Below, one piece after another: positions 4,291 through 13,268 of a stretch of 64,000 bases of DNA (the first letter of the stretch is position 1; each line of letters begins with the position of its first letter). Under the pieces are notes generated by a model, which worked only from the letters and a program-made list of their open reading frames with translations, was not told the DNA's origin and ran no database searches. A program made the position numbers and the translations under genes. The stretch covers positions 64,001-128,000 of IMG/VR virus record IMGVR_UViG_3300032285_003957; one strand, written 5' to 3'. Source of the DNA: a virus. Lineage: Duplodnaviria; Caudoviricetes.

Positions 4291-4788
4291 ATGACAAAAA
4301 TATTGAAGGTATCTCTCCTACCTTTATTCATGCTGTTTATGGGCCAAACCCACGCCCAAAAAGTATATCTTGATAAGGTAGAGAACAAAGTTGTAATGGG
4401 TAAAATGGCCGGTAACCGTAATCTTGGTTTCGGTTGTAAAAACATTTTCTTAGAAATTTTACAGGACAAAAATTATGATATTACCGAAACTGTGGCAGAC
4501 GCTGACATGGTATTTAAGGCTGATATTATGTATTTTGATGTAAACAGAACAAAAAGAAATGTGTCTGTATTCCATTCCGATGTGGAAGAGACTTTGGTTG
4601 TAATCAAGGGGTATCTCTATGACAAAAGTGGTAAAAAAATTAAAGAGGCTGTTGCAGAAGAGTCAAGTTCAGAAATATCCACATCAACACTTATAACAGA
4701 TGAAGGAAGTAGCTCCATAAATCAACAAGCTTTATCGCAAGCCATTAAAAAAACTTGCGTTACATTAATAAATAAAATTTTTAAATAA
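4291..4788 (+). CDS. Secreted protein, CsgG/LptE-like alpha-beta fold (tentative)
   Basis: Signal peptide ending THA-Q; start preferred at 4291, after the TATTTAT motif. Confidence 0.55.
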   Translation: MTKILKVSLLPLFMLFMGQTHAQKVYLDKVENKVVMGKMAGNRNLGFGCKNIFLEILQDKNYDITETVADADMVFKADIMYFDVNRTKRNVSVFHSDVEETLVVIKGYLYDKSGKKIKEAVAEESSSEISTSTLITDEGSSSINQQALSQAIKKTCVTLINKIFK

Positions 4789-4790
4789 AC

Positions 4791-6446
4791 ATGAAAAAAA
4801 TAATAAATTTAATTGTATTAACAACATTAATACCATTCATTTCATTTGGCCAATTAACTGTAAACCAAACAGTAACCCCAACAACAGGGTTAAAAGTTGG
4901 TGATACCGTTTCGGTAAAGTATACTGTGGCAAGAGGAACTACGACACCTCGTTATTTTTGGTTAAGATACCAATATAATAACAAAGCTTTAGCTTATGTT
5001 TCAACAACATTCTCACAAGGAACTTCAGTTCAAACATATTACACAAACTGGTCTTCTTATAAATTCACAGCAAATGCAAATAAAGATGCTACCGATTTGT
5101 ATGAGCAATATAAATTAACACCATGGGCGTATACAACCAATGCTGATTGGAATGTTGGTCAGTTAACAGTTCAAAGAACTGACGCAGCAATTAATGGAGA
5201 CATTGCAACTCAAAAATATGTAATCAAAGATTTAGGTGATTATACAAACATCCATAAAATAGATTTATCCTATTCAATTGATGGAACAGGTGCTAATATT
5301 AGCCCAATCACAACTAATCCTGGTACAATGTCTTTATCAAACGTTGTTGGTAACACATCTCAATTTAAAGTAAGAGTTTTATTCCCAACAGGATACGATA
5401 TCACTTCTCATAGTGTGTCTTTATTACCATTAAAAACAACAGGTGAGGTTGATTGGACCGCAAGAGCCATTGCAACTAAACCATTGGATGCAAGTGGTGA
5501 AGCCATTTTTACAACGGAGGCTAAAGTAGGTGACACGTTTGCTGTATTTGTAAATGCGGCATTACAGAAAACATTTATGAATAACATCATAACAGTATCA
5601 GACGCTTATAAAGCATTCTTAGGTGTTTCCCAAACAGATATCAATGGTAACGCAACTTACTTTACATATCCTTCATTAGAGAAGAAAATTGGTTTAATTA
5701 CAAACGGAAAAACAGCATTTAGCGAAAGCGACTCATACAATTTATTTGCAAATGTTATGGGTATTGATGTTAGTTCTGTTGCAATGATTCCATCAAATGC
5801 TGCACCCGTAAATGGTGTGGTTAACTTCAAATGGTATAATGGTTTATTAAATCAAAGTTGGTTAGACGGCGTTCCAACATATAAAACAAAAGTAACATCA
5901 TCAAATCAAGCGGTTGATATGGTATTTGCATGGGGCGGTGATTTAGACTGGTCTCATTCATCTTCACCAACAGAAATTGCATCAAGAATTTCAAGTGGTA
6001 ATTACGCTAACTCGGTTAACCCATCAAACGGAACCATCAAAACCATGTCTTTAACAACTATGTCATATACACCAACAATAGAAAAAGCAACATTAGGTTT
6101 AGCTTCAACAATTGTTAATGGTAAAGTTGTATTAACAGGAACTTTAACTAAAGATGGTTTAGCAGGTTTAGAAGTTATTTTACAATATGATAACACAAAA
6201 TTAACATTTGATAATATTGCGTTTGATGCGGGTGCAAGTGTAACTAACTTTTCAACAAACACAGATGGTAGATTAACATTTGGTTCTATGGATCAAACAA
6301 AAACTGCAAGAATTAAAATAGGAACACCATATAAATTAACATTTACACCAAAAGAAACATTAACAAATACAGCGGGATTATTCTACACAGTTTTAGCTGA
6401 CGCTGTTGATGGAAATGGAAATAAAATCAACTTAACGGTTGAATAA
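4791..6446 (+). CDS. Secreted beta-rich protein with C-terminal cohesin-like domain
   Basis: Signal peptide (SFG-Q); GLEVILQYDNTKLTF cohesin-like pattern. Confidence 0.6.
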   Translation: MKKIINLIVLTTLIPFISFGQLTVNQTVTPTTGLKVGDTVSVKYTVARGTTTPRYFWLRYQYNNKALAYVSTTFSQGTSVQTYYTNWSSYKFTANANKDATDLYEQYKLTPWAYTTNADWNVGQLTVQRTDAAINGDIATQKYVIKDLGDYTNIHKIDLSYSIDGTGANISPITTNPGTMSLSNVVGNTSQFKVRVLFPTGYDITSHSVSLLPLKTTGEVDWTARAIATKPLDASGEAIFTTEAKVGDTFAVFVNAALQKTFMNNIITVSDAYKAFLGVSQTDINGNATYFTYPSLEKKIGLITNGKTAFSESDSYNLFANVMGIDVSSVAMIPSNAAPVNGVVNFKWYNGLLNQSWLDGVPTYKTKVTSSNQAVDMVFAWGGDLDWSHSSSPTEIASRISSGNYANSVNPSNGTIKTMSLTTMSYTPTIEKATLGLASTIVNGKVVLTGTLTKDGLAGLEVILQYDNTKLTFDNIAFDAGASVTNFSTNTDGRLTFGSMDQTKTARIKIGTPYKLTFTPKETLTNTAGLFYTVLADAVDGNGNKINLTVE

Positions 6447-8365
6447 TGAAAAAACTACTAACCTTTTTATTCTTATTAATTTGTTCAATAACCTACTCCC
6501 AATCAGGAGTGGGTTATTTGAATTATACGGTTTATAACATCATAAGTAATGGTGCGGGTCAATATGCTAATAATGCAACTAACTTTGTTAATATGTTTGA
6601 TGTTACAAAAGGTGCTAGTGTTTATGCAAGTGGTGTGACAACCGCCGCTAAGGCTTTATATTTTGTTAATAGTTGGACACCTTCAGGAGTTCCAAATGGT
6701 GGTGCATATACCGGTATTAAAATTACAGGATATTTTGTTCCAAAAGAAAGTGGAACATATTCATTTGGTATTGATGGTGATGATGGTGTGGATTTCTCAT
6801 TAGATGGTGTTGTTGTAACGTCATTTTATGGACCACATGGATTTGGTGGTTATCGTTTTGGAACAATTAATTTAGTTGCGGGTAAAACATACACATTTAT
6901 GGCTAGATATCAAAACTGGGGAGGTGGATGGGGTTTGGATTTAGCATGGAAAAGACCTTCACAGTCACAATGGACAGTTCAATCAAATGAAGTTTATTCA
7001 ACAAAACCCGCAGAACCATCTAAAAAAGGGTTGGTAAATTTTAATTTAAATACGAATTTAAATGCAACAACATTTTCAATAGGTTCATCGACATTAAGTT
7101 CAGCAGGTTCCGCCGATATAACAAATGATTTAGATAGTAATAAAATCGCTGCAGGTTATAAAGCCGCAATTACACCAGGTCAAGTTGAGTGGTCGTATAC
7201 AAATCCAAATGCAAATTGGTTAGGTGGTAATAGTAGATTATTAATTGATATGAGACAAGTTGGTAATATAGATCCAACTAAAATTAATAGTGCAAAAATA
7301 TTTGATGCGTATGATGGTGATATAACATACACATCACATGACCCAAATGGGTGGGCGATATATACGGTTCCATCACCATTAACAAAAATAACAGATGGAA
7401 CTTCAACATATAATTCATCAATTAGAAATGTAAATGGGTGGAATACCGACTATGCATTTCAAAGCACTATTACATTTTCACAAACTCAAGTGTATAAAAC
7501 ACAAACAATACCTGTAACAACAACTAATAATATATCAACATTGTATAATAGTATTGTAACGGTATCAGATGTTTATTTGGCATTCAAAGAAGTGTCAAAT
7601 GTGGGCTTATTTGGTAATCAAAGTGGTAATGAGTTTTCATATGGAATTCAATATAAAAATGCAGATGTAAATGACGACGGAGTATTCAATGAAGTGGATT
7701 GTTTCTTATTGTTACAAAATTTGACGGGTGCAAAACAATTAGTTGATACTTTTAATTTAAACAAAACATTAAGAATAATACCACAATCAACATATGACAC
7801 TATTGGTAAATCAAATTGGAATAATTTTATAACACCATTAGGTGGTTCATATTCATTTAACATAAACACCGGTAAACCAACTGACACATTTAAATTAGCA
7901 ATAGCTTGGAAGGGTGATGTGAACCTATCTCACTCAACGACACCTACGTCAAATACTTACACCACAATGTCATTAAAATCAATGAGTGTAAGTAATGAAA
8001 TAAACGCATCAATATTAACTGAAATAATAGGTGATAGTGTTTATACATACATTACATTGGACCCATTGCAACAAAATGTTGTAGGAACACAATTTCAATT
8101 GAATTATGATAATACATCATTAAAATTCAATAATGTAAAATTTACAACAAAAGGAGCGCCTACTAATTATTCAACGGATAAAGGTTCATATATTAATTTG
8201 GGTTCATTGGTTAGTGATGGTAGCACAAATTTAGATAACACCACAACATATAAAATATCTTTTACAGCAACGACTAAATTGGATAATGTATTTGGTTTGA
8301 TTTCGGTCGGTGCAACTGATGCTATTAATAAAAGTGGGACAACATTAAAAGTAAGAATGAATTAA
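6446..8365 (+). CDS. Secreted PA14-domain protein with dockerin-like and cohesin-like segments
   Basis: Signal peptide; PA14 pattern ITGYFVPKESGTYSFGIDGDDG; ADVNDDGVFNEVDCFLL; VGTQFQLNYDNTSLKF. Confidence 0.65.
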   Translation: MKKLLTFLFLLICSITYSQSGVGYLNYTVYNIISNGAGQYANNATNFVNMFDVTKGASVYASGVTTAAKALYFVNSWTPSGVPNGGAYTGIKITGYFVPKESGTYSFGIDGDDGVDFSLDGVVVTSFYGPHGFGGYRFGTINLVAGKTYTFMARYQNWGGGWGLDLAWKRPSQSQWTVQSNEVYSTKPAEPSKKGLVNFNLNTNLNATTFSIGSSTLSSAGSADITNDLDSNKIAAGYKAAITPGQVEWSYTNPNANWLGGNSRLLIDMRQVGNIDPTKINSAKIFDAYDGDITYTSHDPNGWAIYTVPSPLTKITDGTSTYNSSIRNVNGWNTDYAFQSTITFSQTQVYKTQTIPVTTTNNISTLYNSIVTVSDVYLAFKEVSNVGLFGNQSGNEFSYGIQYKNADVNDDGVFNEVDCFLLLQNLTGAKQLVDTFNLNKTLRIIPQSTYDTIGKSNWNNFITPLGGSYSFNINTGKPTDTFKLAIAWKGDVNLSHSTTPTSNTYTTMSLKSMSVSNEINASILTEIIGDSVYTYITLDPLQQNVVGTQFQLNYDNTSLKFNNVKFTTKGAPTNYSTDKGSYINLGSLVSDGSTNLDNTTTYKISFTATTKLDNVFGLISVGATDAINKSGTTLKVRMN

Positions 8366-8718
8366 TGAAAATTATAAAAATAATATTAATATTTTGTTTT
8401 ATTTCTGTGGTATCATGTAGAAAACCTGATTTACCGACACCTGTTGTTGCAAACAATAAGGAGTTCTTTTCGGTTTCTGAAAACGCGGTTAAAAACGGTG
8501 ATATTATAAATTTTAGTATATCAACAGGAGGTGTTTATACATTAACGATGATAGATACTGTTCAAAATCAAGTTGTATCAAGAGAAAGGTTTACAGGTAA
8601 AGCAGGTTTGAATTCACTTAAAATATTTACAAATTCCTTACCGACAAAATACCTAAGTGTCGTGTTAAAGGACCAAAATAATAATCAAATAGGTAAAACA
8701 AAAATAATTATAAATTAA
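8365..8718 (+). CDS. Lipoprotein with T9SS C-terminal-sorting-domain-like fold
   Basis: Lipobox VVSC; Ig-like strand pattern. Confidence 0.5.
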   Translation: MKIIKIILIFCFISVVSCRKPDLPTPVVANNKEFFSVSENAVKNGDIINFSISTGGVYTLTMIDTVQNQVVSRERFTGKAGLNSLKIFTNSLPTKYLSVVLKDQNNNQIGKTKIIIN

Positions 8719-8730
8719 AAAAAGACAAAA

Positions 8731-9099
8731 ATGAAAAAAATCTCTCTCCTAATTTTCGGATTAATTGCTCTTGCGGGTTGCACAAAACAAGATATTGTTC
8801 CACAACCACAAGCAATTAGTGATAACTTAAAAATCAGCAGTTCAGTTGGTTTAAAGTTGGAAACACCTTTTGTAACAAGTGAGGTGGCTATGAACATAAA
8901 AAGTGATGTAGCTCAAACCGTTACGGTTAAAATATTTGATATCTCTAATAGAGTTGTGTCAAAATCAACAAGTGACGTAAAAGTGGGTGATAATATCTTA
9001 AGAGTATACACCTCAGCTTTACCGTCTTCAGCTTATAGAATAGCTCTATATGACGCAAATGGTAATATGTTAACCATAACTGATTTTAATAAAATCTAA
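8731..9099 (+). CDS. Lipoprotein with T9SS C-terminal-sorting-domain-like fold
   Basis: Lipobox LAGC; VTVKIFDISNRVV...LPSSAYRIAL resembles the type A CTD. Confidence 0.6.
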   Translation: MKKISLLIFGLIALAGCTKQDIVPQPQAISDNLKISSSVGLKLETPFVTSEVAMNIKSDVAQTVTVKIFDISNRVVSKSTSDVKVGDNILRVYTSALPSSAYRIALYDANGNMLTITDFNKI

Positions 9100-9133
9100 G
9101 ATAATTATATATAAACACTAAACACAAAAAAAG

Positions 9134-9505
9134 ATGGCAAAAACAAAAAAAGAACAAACGCCTGACGAAGCGATGGCAAAAAATGAAAAACACAATGACG
9201 GTTCAATGAGCGGTTTAAAGAAAACCATTATTGGAACAGTTGGAACGTTAGTTACAGCGGGTGGAGCATTTTTAATGACTTACCTACAAAAACCAAAGGA
9301 GAGTGATGCTAAAGCTCAACCACAAACACAACAATCAATAAACATTAATATCCCTCAACAACAAGCTGCAGGTAAAACTGTAATTGTTCAAGGTGGTGGA
9401 AATGGTGCCGCATCATCAGCAAAACCTGCGGAAGCAGCAAAACCAGTACCTGCACCTAAGAAAAAAGAAGGTGATGAGTTTAAAGAAAAACCTGCTCAGT
9501 GGTAA
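9134..9505 (+). CDS. Single-pass membrane protein with Pro/Ala/Gln-rich tail
   Basis: One hydrophobic segment IIGTVGTLVTAGGAFLMTYL. Confidence 0.65.
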   Translation: MAKTKKEQTPDEAMAKNEKHNDGSMSGLKKTIIGTVGTLVTAGGAFLMTYLQKPKESDAKAQPQTQQSININIPQQQAAGKTVIVQGGGNGAASSAKPAEAAKPVPAPKKKEGDEFKEKPAQW

Positions 9506-9592
9506 TCTATTACCAAATAGGAACCTTAGCAGTTATAATAGGGGGATTATATCTCCTAATAAAAATGAGTTTTAAAATAGATAGAAAAAAAG

Positions 9593-10177
9593 ATGAGTGA
9601 CGAACAAAAAACCCCACAACCAAATACCGGTTTTAGGGATTTATTAAATTCAGTAATGAAAAGAAGATGGTATATTACTGCCATGGTATTGGGTGGTTTT
9701 ATGGTGATTATAGCAGGTGTATTTGCTGCTATTATGGCTAAAACACCCGCATCTGCAGAATGGAAAGAACTTCTATTATTGATGTTGGGCGCATTCATTG
9801 GTAGTTACGGTAAAATTATTGATTACTGGTTCAGCGACCAAGATAAGGATAAAATGTTGGTCCAAAAAATGGATGAAGAAGACGGAACAAGTTTATCTCA
9901 TACAAATGATATGAAGGAAACTAACACGCCGCCTACTCCACTTATCCCTGATGCGTTTGTCGCGGGTGCAGCTGCAGCAAGAGATTTAGCTGTTGTTGAA
10001 AACAAACAAAACTTTGAATTGGAGGTCGCTCAACAAAAACATGAGCATGAAATGGAAAAATTAGAATTTGAACATCATGCACACAGACAATGTGAGCACG
10101 AATGGGGTGATTCTGACCATGACGGACACGAGGAGTGTCAAAAATGTGGACTATTACGTGAAGACGTAGAAGGATAA
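9593..10177 (+). CDS. Two-TM membrane protein with His/Cys-rich C-terminus
   Basis: Two hydrophobic helices; CEHEW...CQKC putative Zn site. Confidence 0.65.
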   Translation: MSDEQKTPQPNTGFRDLLNSVMKRRWYITAMVLGGFMVIIAGVFAAIMAKTPASAEWKELLLLMLGAFIGSYGKIIDYWFSDQDKDKMLVQKMDEEDGTSLSHTNDMKETNTPPTPLIPDAFVAGAAAARDLAVVENKQNFELEVAQQKHEHEMEKLEFEHHAHRQCEHEWGDSDHDGHEECQKCGLLREDVEG

Positions 10178-10200
10178 ATAAACGACAAAAATAACAGACT

Positions 10201-10455
10201 ATGACATTTAAAGAATGGCTTATAGACCTTTTCAAAGATGAAAGAGGCACTATCTCGGTAAAACCGGTAATCGCATTTGTAGGCGCATTATTCCTATGTG
10301 GAACAATGTTAGCAAACTCATTTTCAAATAAAGATTTTGCACCTGCACCTGAATTAGTTAATGCGGTTATGGTTATAACTGCAATTGGTATGGGCGCAGA
10401 TACTTTGGATAAATTTACAAAGAAAGAAGCACCAAAAGAAGATTCTGAAGGTTAA
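10201..10455 (+). CDS. Small two-TM protein (holin-like topology)
   Basis: 84 aa, two TM segments, charged C-terminus. Confidence 0.55.
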   Translation: MTFKEWLIDLFKDERGTISVKPVIAFVGALFLCGTMLANSFSNKDFAPAPELVNAVMVITAIGMGADTLDKFTKKEAPKEDSEG

Positions 10456-10456
10456 T

Positions 10457-10486
10457 AAAAAGGGAGTTAAGACTCCCTTTTTTTTT
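10457..10486 (+). terminator. Intrinsic terminator
   Basis: AAAAAGGGAGT-TAAG-ACTCCCTTTTT plus T-run. Confidence 0.75.
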
Positions 10487-10512
10487 GGATATATTTATAT
10501 AAAAAACAGTTT

Positions 10513-10737
10513 ATGACTTTATCATTTAAAAACATCGGAGAAACACTGTTCAAAGGTTATTTAATACTTGTTGGTGTTTGGTTAGTATTTGCATTATCAT
10601 TTGATATTTTTGGGATTATACTTCATTTCACTAATCCTGATTTAGAACTAAAAATTTCAAACGAAATAGCATGGAAAATAGACGGAACTTATAAAAATAA
10701 TCCGGATAATATATGGTATGAAGGACCAAAGAAATAA
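10513..10737 (+). CDS. Small membrane protein
   Basis: ORF track; hydrophobic core. Confidence 0.6.
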   Translation: MTLSFKNIGETLFKGYLILVGVWLVFALSFDIFGIILHFTNPDLELKISNEIAWKIDGTYKNNPDNIWYEGPKK

Positions 10738-10742
10738 TTAAA

Positions 10743-11471
10743 ATGAAAAAATTATTATTAACAACAATATTAATGACATGTTCACTTTTTTATTACAAGT
10801 GTCATGCACAAACAATTGGTAGAACTAAAACAGAAGAATTTAAAGCGGATTTTGAAAAGAAAAAAGACATTTCGGCTTATTTGAACTATGATGGACCTCA
10901 AGTTCCAATTCAAATCCTTAAGTGTGGTATCAACGACGAGACCTATGAAATGTATCCTGAATTAAAGGAAAAACGTGTAGGCTTAGGTGTTGCAAACATC
11001 ACTTTGGAATATTTGGATAACCTTGGTCGTTTTATGTTTACTGAAGATAAAACGGAAATTAAGAACCGTATGGTAAAACAATTCCAAGCGTCTCAAGCAG
11101 GTATATCTGAAGATAAATTAGATGGTCGTGGAAAGATTCGTTTAGCTCATTATTTTGTTGAAATTGAGGTATATGATTACTCAGTATCTGAAGACGAAAC
11201 TATCAATCTAAAAGACGGTATTAAAGACAATATGGTAACTCGTATAGGTTTACAAGTAAGATTTACCGATGCTCAAACAGGAACCATCATTGGTGCTTCA
11301 GGTTTAGGTGAAGCTAAAACTAACAGAGAATTAACATTGTTATCTGATGCAACTGTAGACCCAATTAAATTTAATCAATCCACAATTAGTATTGCAACTA
11401 AAAAAGCTTTAGATATTGCATGTGCAAATATTCTTGATAAAATGATTAAAAAAGGTGTGTTTACCAAATAA
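10743..11471 (+). CDS. CsgG/HfaB-family outer-membrane channel-like protein
   Basis: Signal peptide; LGVANITLEYL...RFMFTE...QVRFTDAQTGTIIGAS pattern typical of CsgG-like proteins. Confidence 0.65.
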   Translation: MKKLLLTTILMTCSLFYYKCHAQTIGRTKTEEFKADFEKKKDISAYLNYDGPQVPIQILKCGINDETYEMYPELKEKRVGLGVANITLEYLDNLGRFMFTEDKTEIKNRMVKQFQASQAGISEDKLDGRGKIRLAHYFVEIEVYDYSVSEDETINLKDGIKDNMVTRIGLQVRFTDAQTGTIIGASGLGEAKTNRELTLLSDATVDPIKFNQSTISIATKKALDIACANILDKMIKKGVFTK

Positions 11472-11490
11472 AATATTTTAAGATAATGAT

Positions 11491-11516
11491 AAGGGGGACT
11501 AAATCCCCCTTTTTTT
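11491..11516 (+). terminator. Intrinsic terminator
   Basis: AAGGGGGA-CTAAA-TCCCCCTT plus T-run. Confidence 0.75.
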
Positions 11517-11529
11517 ATATTTATATGTT

Positions 11530-12459
11530 ATGGGAAAGTCAATTGTTATAACAGAATCACAACTTAAGCAAATCATAAGTAATGTGGTAAAACCTGAACC
11601 ATTAAACGAGTGCACAGTAGCAGGTGTTAGACTTAATGATGGGGTTGTTTTAGCCAAAAACAGAGATAGAGGTTATAATGCTGAAATGGAAATTGTTCAT
11701 GAAGTTTTAAATAACGTTGAAATAGCTTATTGGCATGATGTTGATACTGATTGGTCTGAAGGTATGAATGAATTTGGTATTGGTATTGTTAATTCTTCAT
11801 TAATGGTTAATGATGATGAAAAGGAAAGTGATAAAATTAAAGCCGCTAAAGAAGAAAAAGAAGAAAATAAAGATAAAAAAAAGAATCCAAGACACGCAAG
11901 TGACGGTGCTAAAATTAGACAAGCATTATTACAAAAAAATATAAGAGATTGTATTAAAGTTTTGATATCAACAAAAGGTGACGGTAGTGCAAAAGTAAAG
12001 GGTGTTACAGGACAATCAATTGTTAGTGATGGTAATGAAATTTACGTTATTGAACATTCAAGTATTGATGTTCCTGTTATTAAAAAATTAAAATCAGATA
12101 AAAAAATTGTGGTTAGAACTAATCACGGAATATTCCATAAAGATTTAGGTTACCAAAGTGGGCCCAAAAAAGAATCTTCACATAGTAGAATGGAATTAGC
12201 TAAAGAAAATTTGAAGAAGGCTAAAACAGATCAAGATGTGTTAGATTTATTAAAGAAAAAATATAAGAAAAATCCTTTTTTAAATCCATATAGAACTGAT
12301 AACAAATTTCATATGCAAACAGTTGGTCAAATTATGATGAACTGCGATAAAAAAACTATAACAATTCGTTTAGATAAAAAACATGGTGAATTTACCGGTA
12401 TGGAAACATTGTTACCAAAAGGTTATGAACCAAAAATAAAAATTAAAATAGAAAAATAA
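11530..12459 (+). CDS. Ntn-hydrolase (peptidase C45/C69-like) with 27-aa propeptide
   Basis: CTVAGV...VLAKNRD...EGMNEFGIGI...VRTNHG Ntn motifs, Cys28. Confidence 0.7.
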   Translation: MGKSIVITESQLKQIISNVVKPEPLNECTVAGVRLNDGVVLAKNRDRGYNAEMEIVHEVLNNVEIAYWHDVDTDWSEGMNEFGIGIVNSSLMVNDDEKESDKIKAAKEEKEENKDKKKNPRHASDGAKIRQALLQKNIRDCIKVLISTKGDGSAKVKGVTGQSIVSDGNEIYVIEHSSIDVPVIKKLKSDKKIVVRTNHGIFHKDLGYQSGPKKESSHSRMELAKENLKKAKTDQDVLDLLKKKYKKNPFLNPYRTDNKFHMQTVGQIMMNCDKKTITIRLDKKHGEFTGMETLLPKGYEPKIKIKIEK

Positions 12460-13268
12460 TGAAAAACATTTTATTCTTATTGTTACTTATCCCAACATTA
12501 ATGTTTGGGCAAGTATCTCATTGGAGAAGTAGTGCACCACAACAAGGAAGTGTGACTCCAAGAATGCAACAATCATTTCCACAACAAAATAACGTTAGTA
12601 GATGGAGAACACAAACAGAACCAATTAGACCGGGTCAACCTATCCCACAACAACCATTAGTAAGAACATATAGACCAACTATGATGAATCCATATGGTTT
12701 ATATTACGGAACATGGGGTTGGTATCAACCATACCCATATCTTTGGTATGATAACTATGGTTGGAGACATAGAAGTGTTGTTAGAATATATGAAAATGGT
12801 AAAAGAGATACTGTAGAAAAGGTTCAATACTTTAGCGCAGGTATTGGTCACACAAATAATAAACAAGCTTCTTTTTGGGGCGCCATAGGTGGTAATAAAG
12901 GATACTTTATTTTAGATTATACAATGTCGTATGATATTGACCGCAATGAATATTTTCCATATGGTAAAATTAATATGGTAGATTTCCCACTTAGTAAAAC
13001 TGATTTTATCAAGCAAGGCACATTATATCTTGGTGGCGGTAAACGATTTGGTAAATTAGGTGTTCATGGAATGATTGGATTTGGACACGAAGAGATTAGA
13101 TATCAAGGTAAAGATAACCTCGGTGGTATTTCATTTCCAAAATCAAACGCAAATTTTACAACATTTAAGTTTGGTGTTATAAGAGATTTCAAATTCTTTA
13201 CATTAAAATTAGATAGAGACCCAATTAGAAATTACAATCAAATATCTATTGGATTGCATAACTTATAA
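12459..13268 (+). CDS. Secreted protein with Pro/Gln-rich N-region and probable outer-membrane beta-barrel
   Basis: Signal peptide; alternating amphipathic strands to the C-terminus. Confidence 0.55.
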   Translation: MKNILFLLLLIPTLMFGQVSHWRSSAPQQGSVTPRMQQSFPQQNNVSRWRTQTEPIRPGQPIPQQPLVRTYRPTMMNPYGLYYGTWGWYQPYPYLWYDNYGWRHRSVVRIYENGKRDTVEKVQYFSAGIGHTNNKQASFWGAIGGNKGYFILDYTMSYDIDRNEYFPYGKINMVDFPLSKTDFIKQGTLYLGGGKRFGKLGVHGMIGFGHEEIRYQGKDNLGGISFPKSNANFTTFKFGVIRDFKFFTLKLDRDPIRNYNQISIGLHNL

